DNA of 5,728 nucleotides, from assembly GCA_024275415.1 (NCBI GenBank), contig JAJRZD010000094.1:1-5728 (forward strand). The letters are read 5' to 3'. The translations under genes and the position numbers were made by a program. Position 1 is the stretch's first letter; each line of letters starts with the position of its first letter. The notes beneath the pieces were generated by a model. That model worked only from the letters and a program-made list of their open reading frames with translations, did no database searches and had not been told where the DNA came from. Shown here one piece after another: positions 5,702 to 5,728 of this stretch. This DNA is from an archaeon (lineage in GTDB: Archaea > Asgardarchaeota > Thorarchaeia > Thorarchaeales > Thorarchaeaceae).

Positions 5702-5723
5702 CAGGATGTAGTAAAACATCCGG
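5702..5723. repeat. Inverted repeat cAGGATGT-agtaaa-ACATCCGg
   Basis: Perfect 6-bp arms GGATGT (5704-5709) and ACATCC (5716-5721) with a 6-nt spacer, extendable to 7/8. Confidence 0.5.
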
Positions 5724-5728
5724 TATTA

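Noticed and set aside
5639-5719. 26-aa minus-strand ORF (MFYYILLNSFNGLRDTANMHRGMLKI) overlapping the DUF547 start as ATGA
   Set aside because: No recognisable features, it spans the candidate promoter, and the upstream context is cut by the window edge.
1-5728. CRISPR arrays, tRNA/rRNA, IS elements, long tandem repeats
   Set aside because: None seen by eye. The window is almost entirely coding and has no spaced direct repeats or transposase/integrase motifs. The short GGAACTGGAACTG repeat near 46-58 is just codon repetition.

Overview
Gene-dense prokaryotic window with two convergent operon fragments. It is probably from an Asgard archaeon (Thorarchaeia-like). That is an inference from a longin-like 'VIHESGLPL...DALFGGLLSAL' protein and archaeal-type AGGTGAT/AGGAGTGA ribosome-binding sites. 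Plus strand: a 5'-truncated PaaI/hotdog thioesterase, a possible 31-aa ORF, a tetraether-synthase (Tes/GDGT-MAS/Mss, COG1964)-like multi-cluster radical SAM enzyme, and an overlapping Cys-rich methyltransferase that keeps the ArsM-type As(III)-binding cysteines. Minus strand: a DUF547 protein, a wHTH plus degenerate methyltransferase-fold protein, a longin-like plus wHTH protein, and a PmtA/UbiE-like methyltransferase. The most interesting signal is the coupled Tes-like radical SAM / ArsM-like methyltransferase pair next to a thioesterase. It is a candidate pathway for attaching a methylated heteroatom (As, or S/Se) to the terminal carbon of a lipid chain, for example arsenolipid biosynthesis. 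This is a hypothesis, not a demonstrated function. I saw no rRNA, tRNA, CRISPR array or mobile element.
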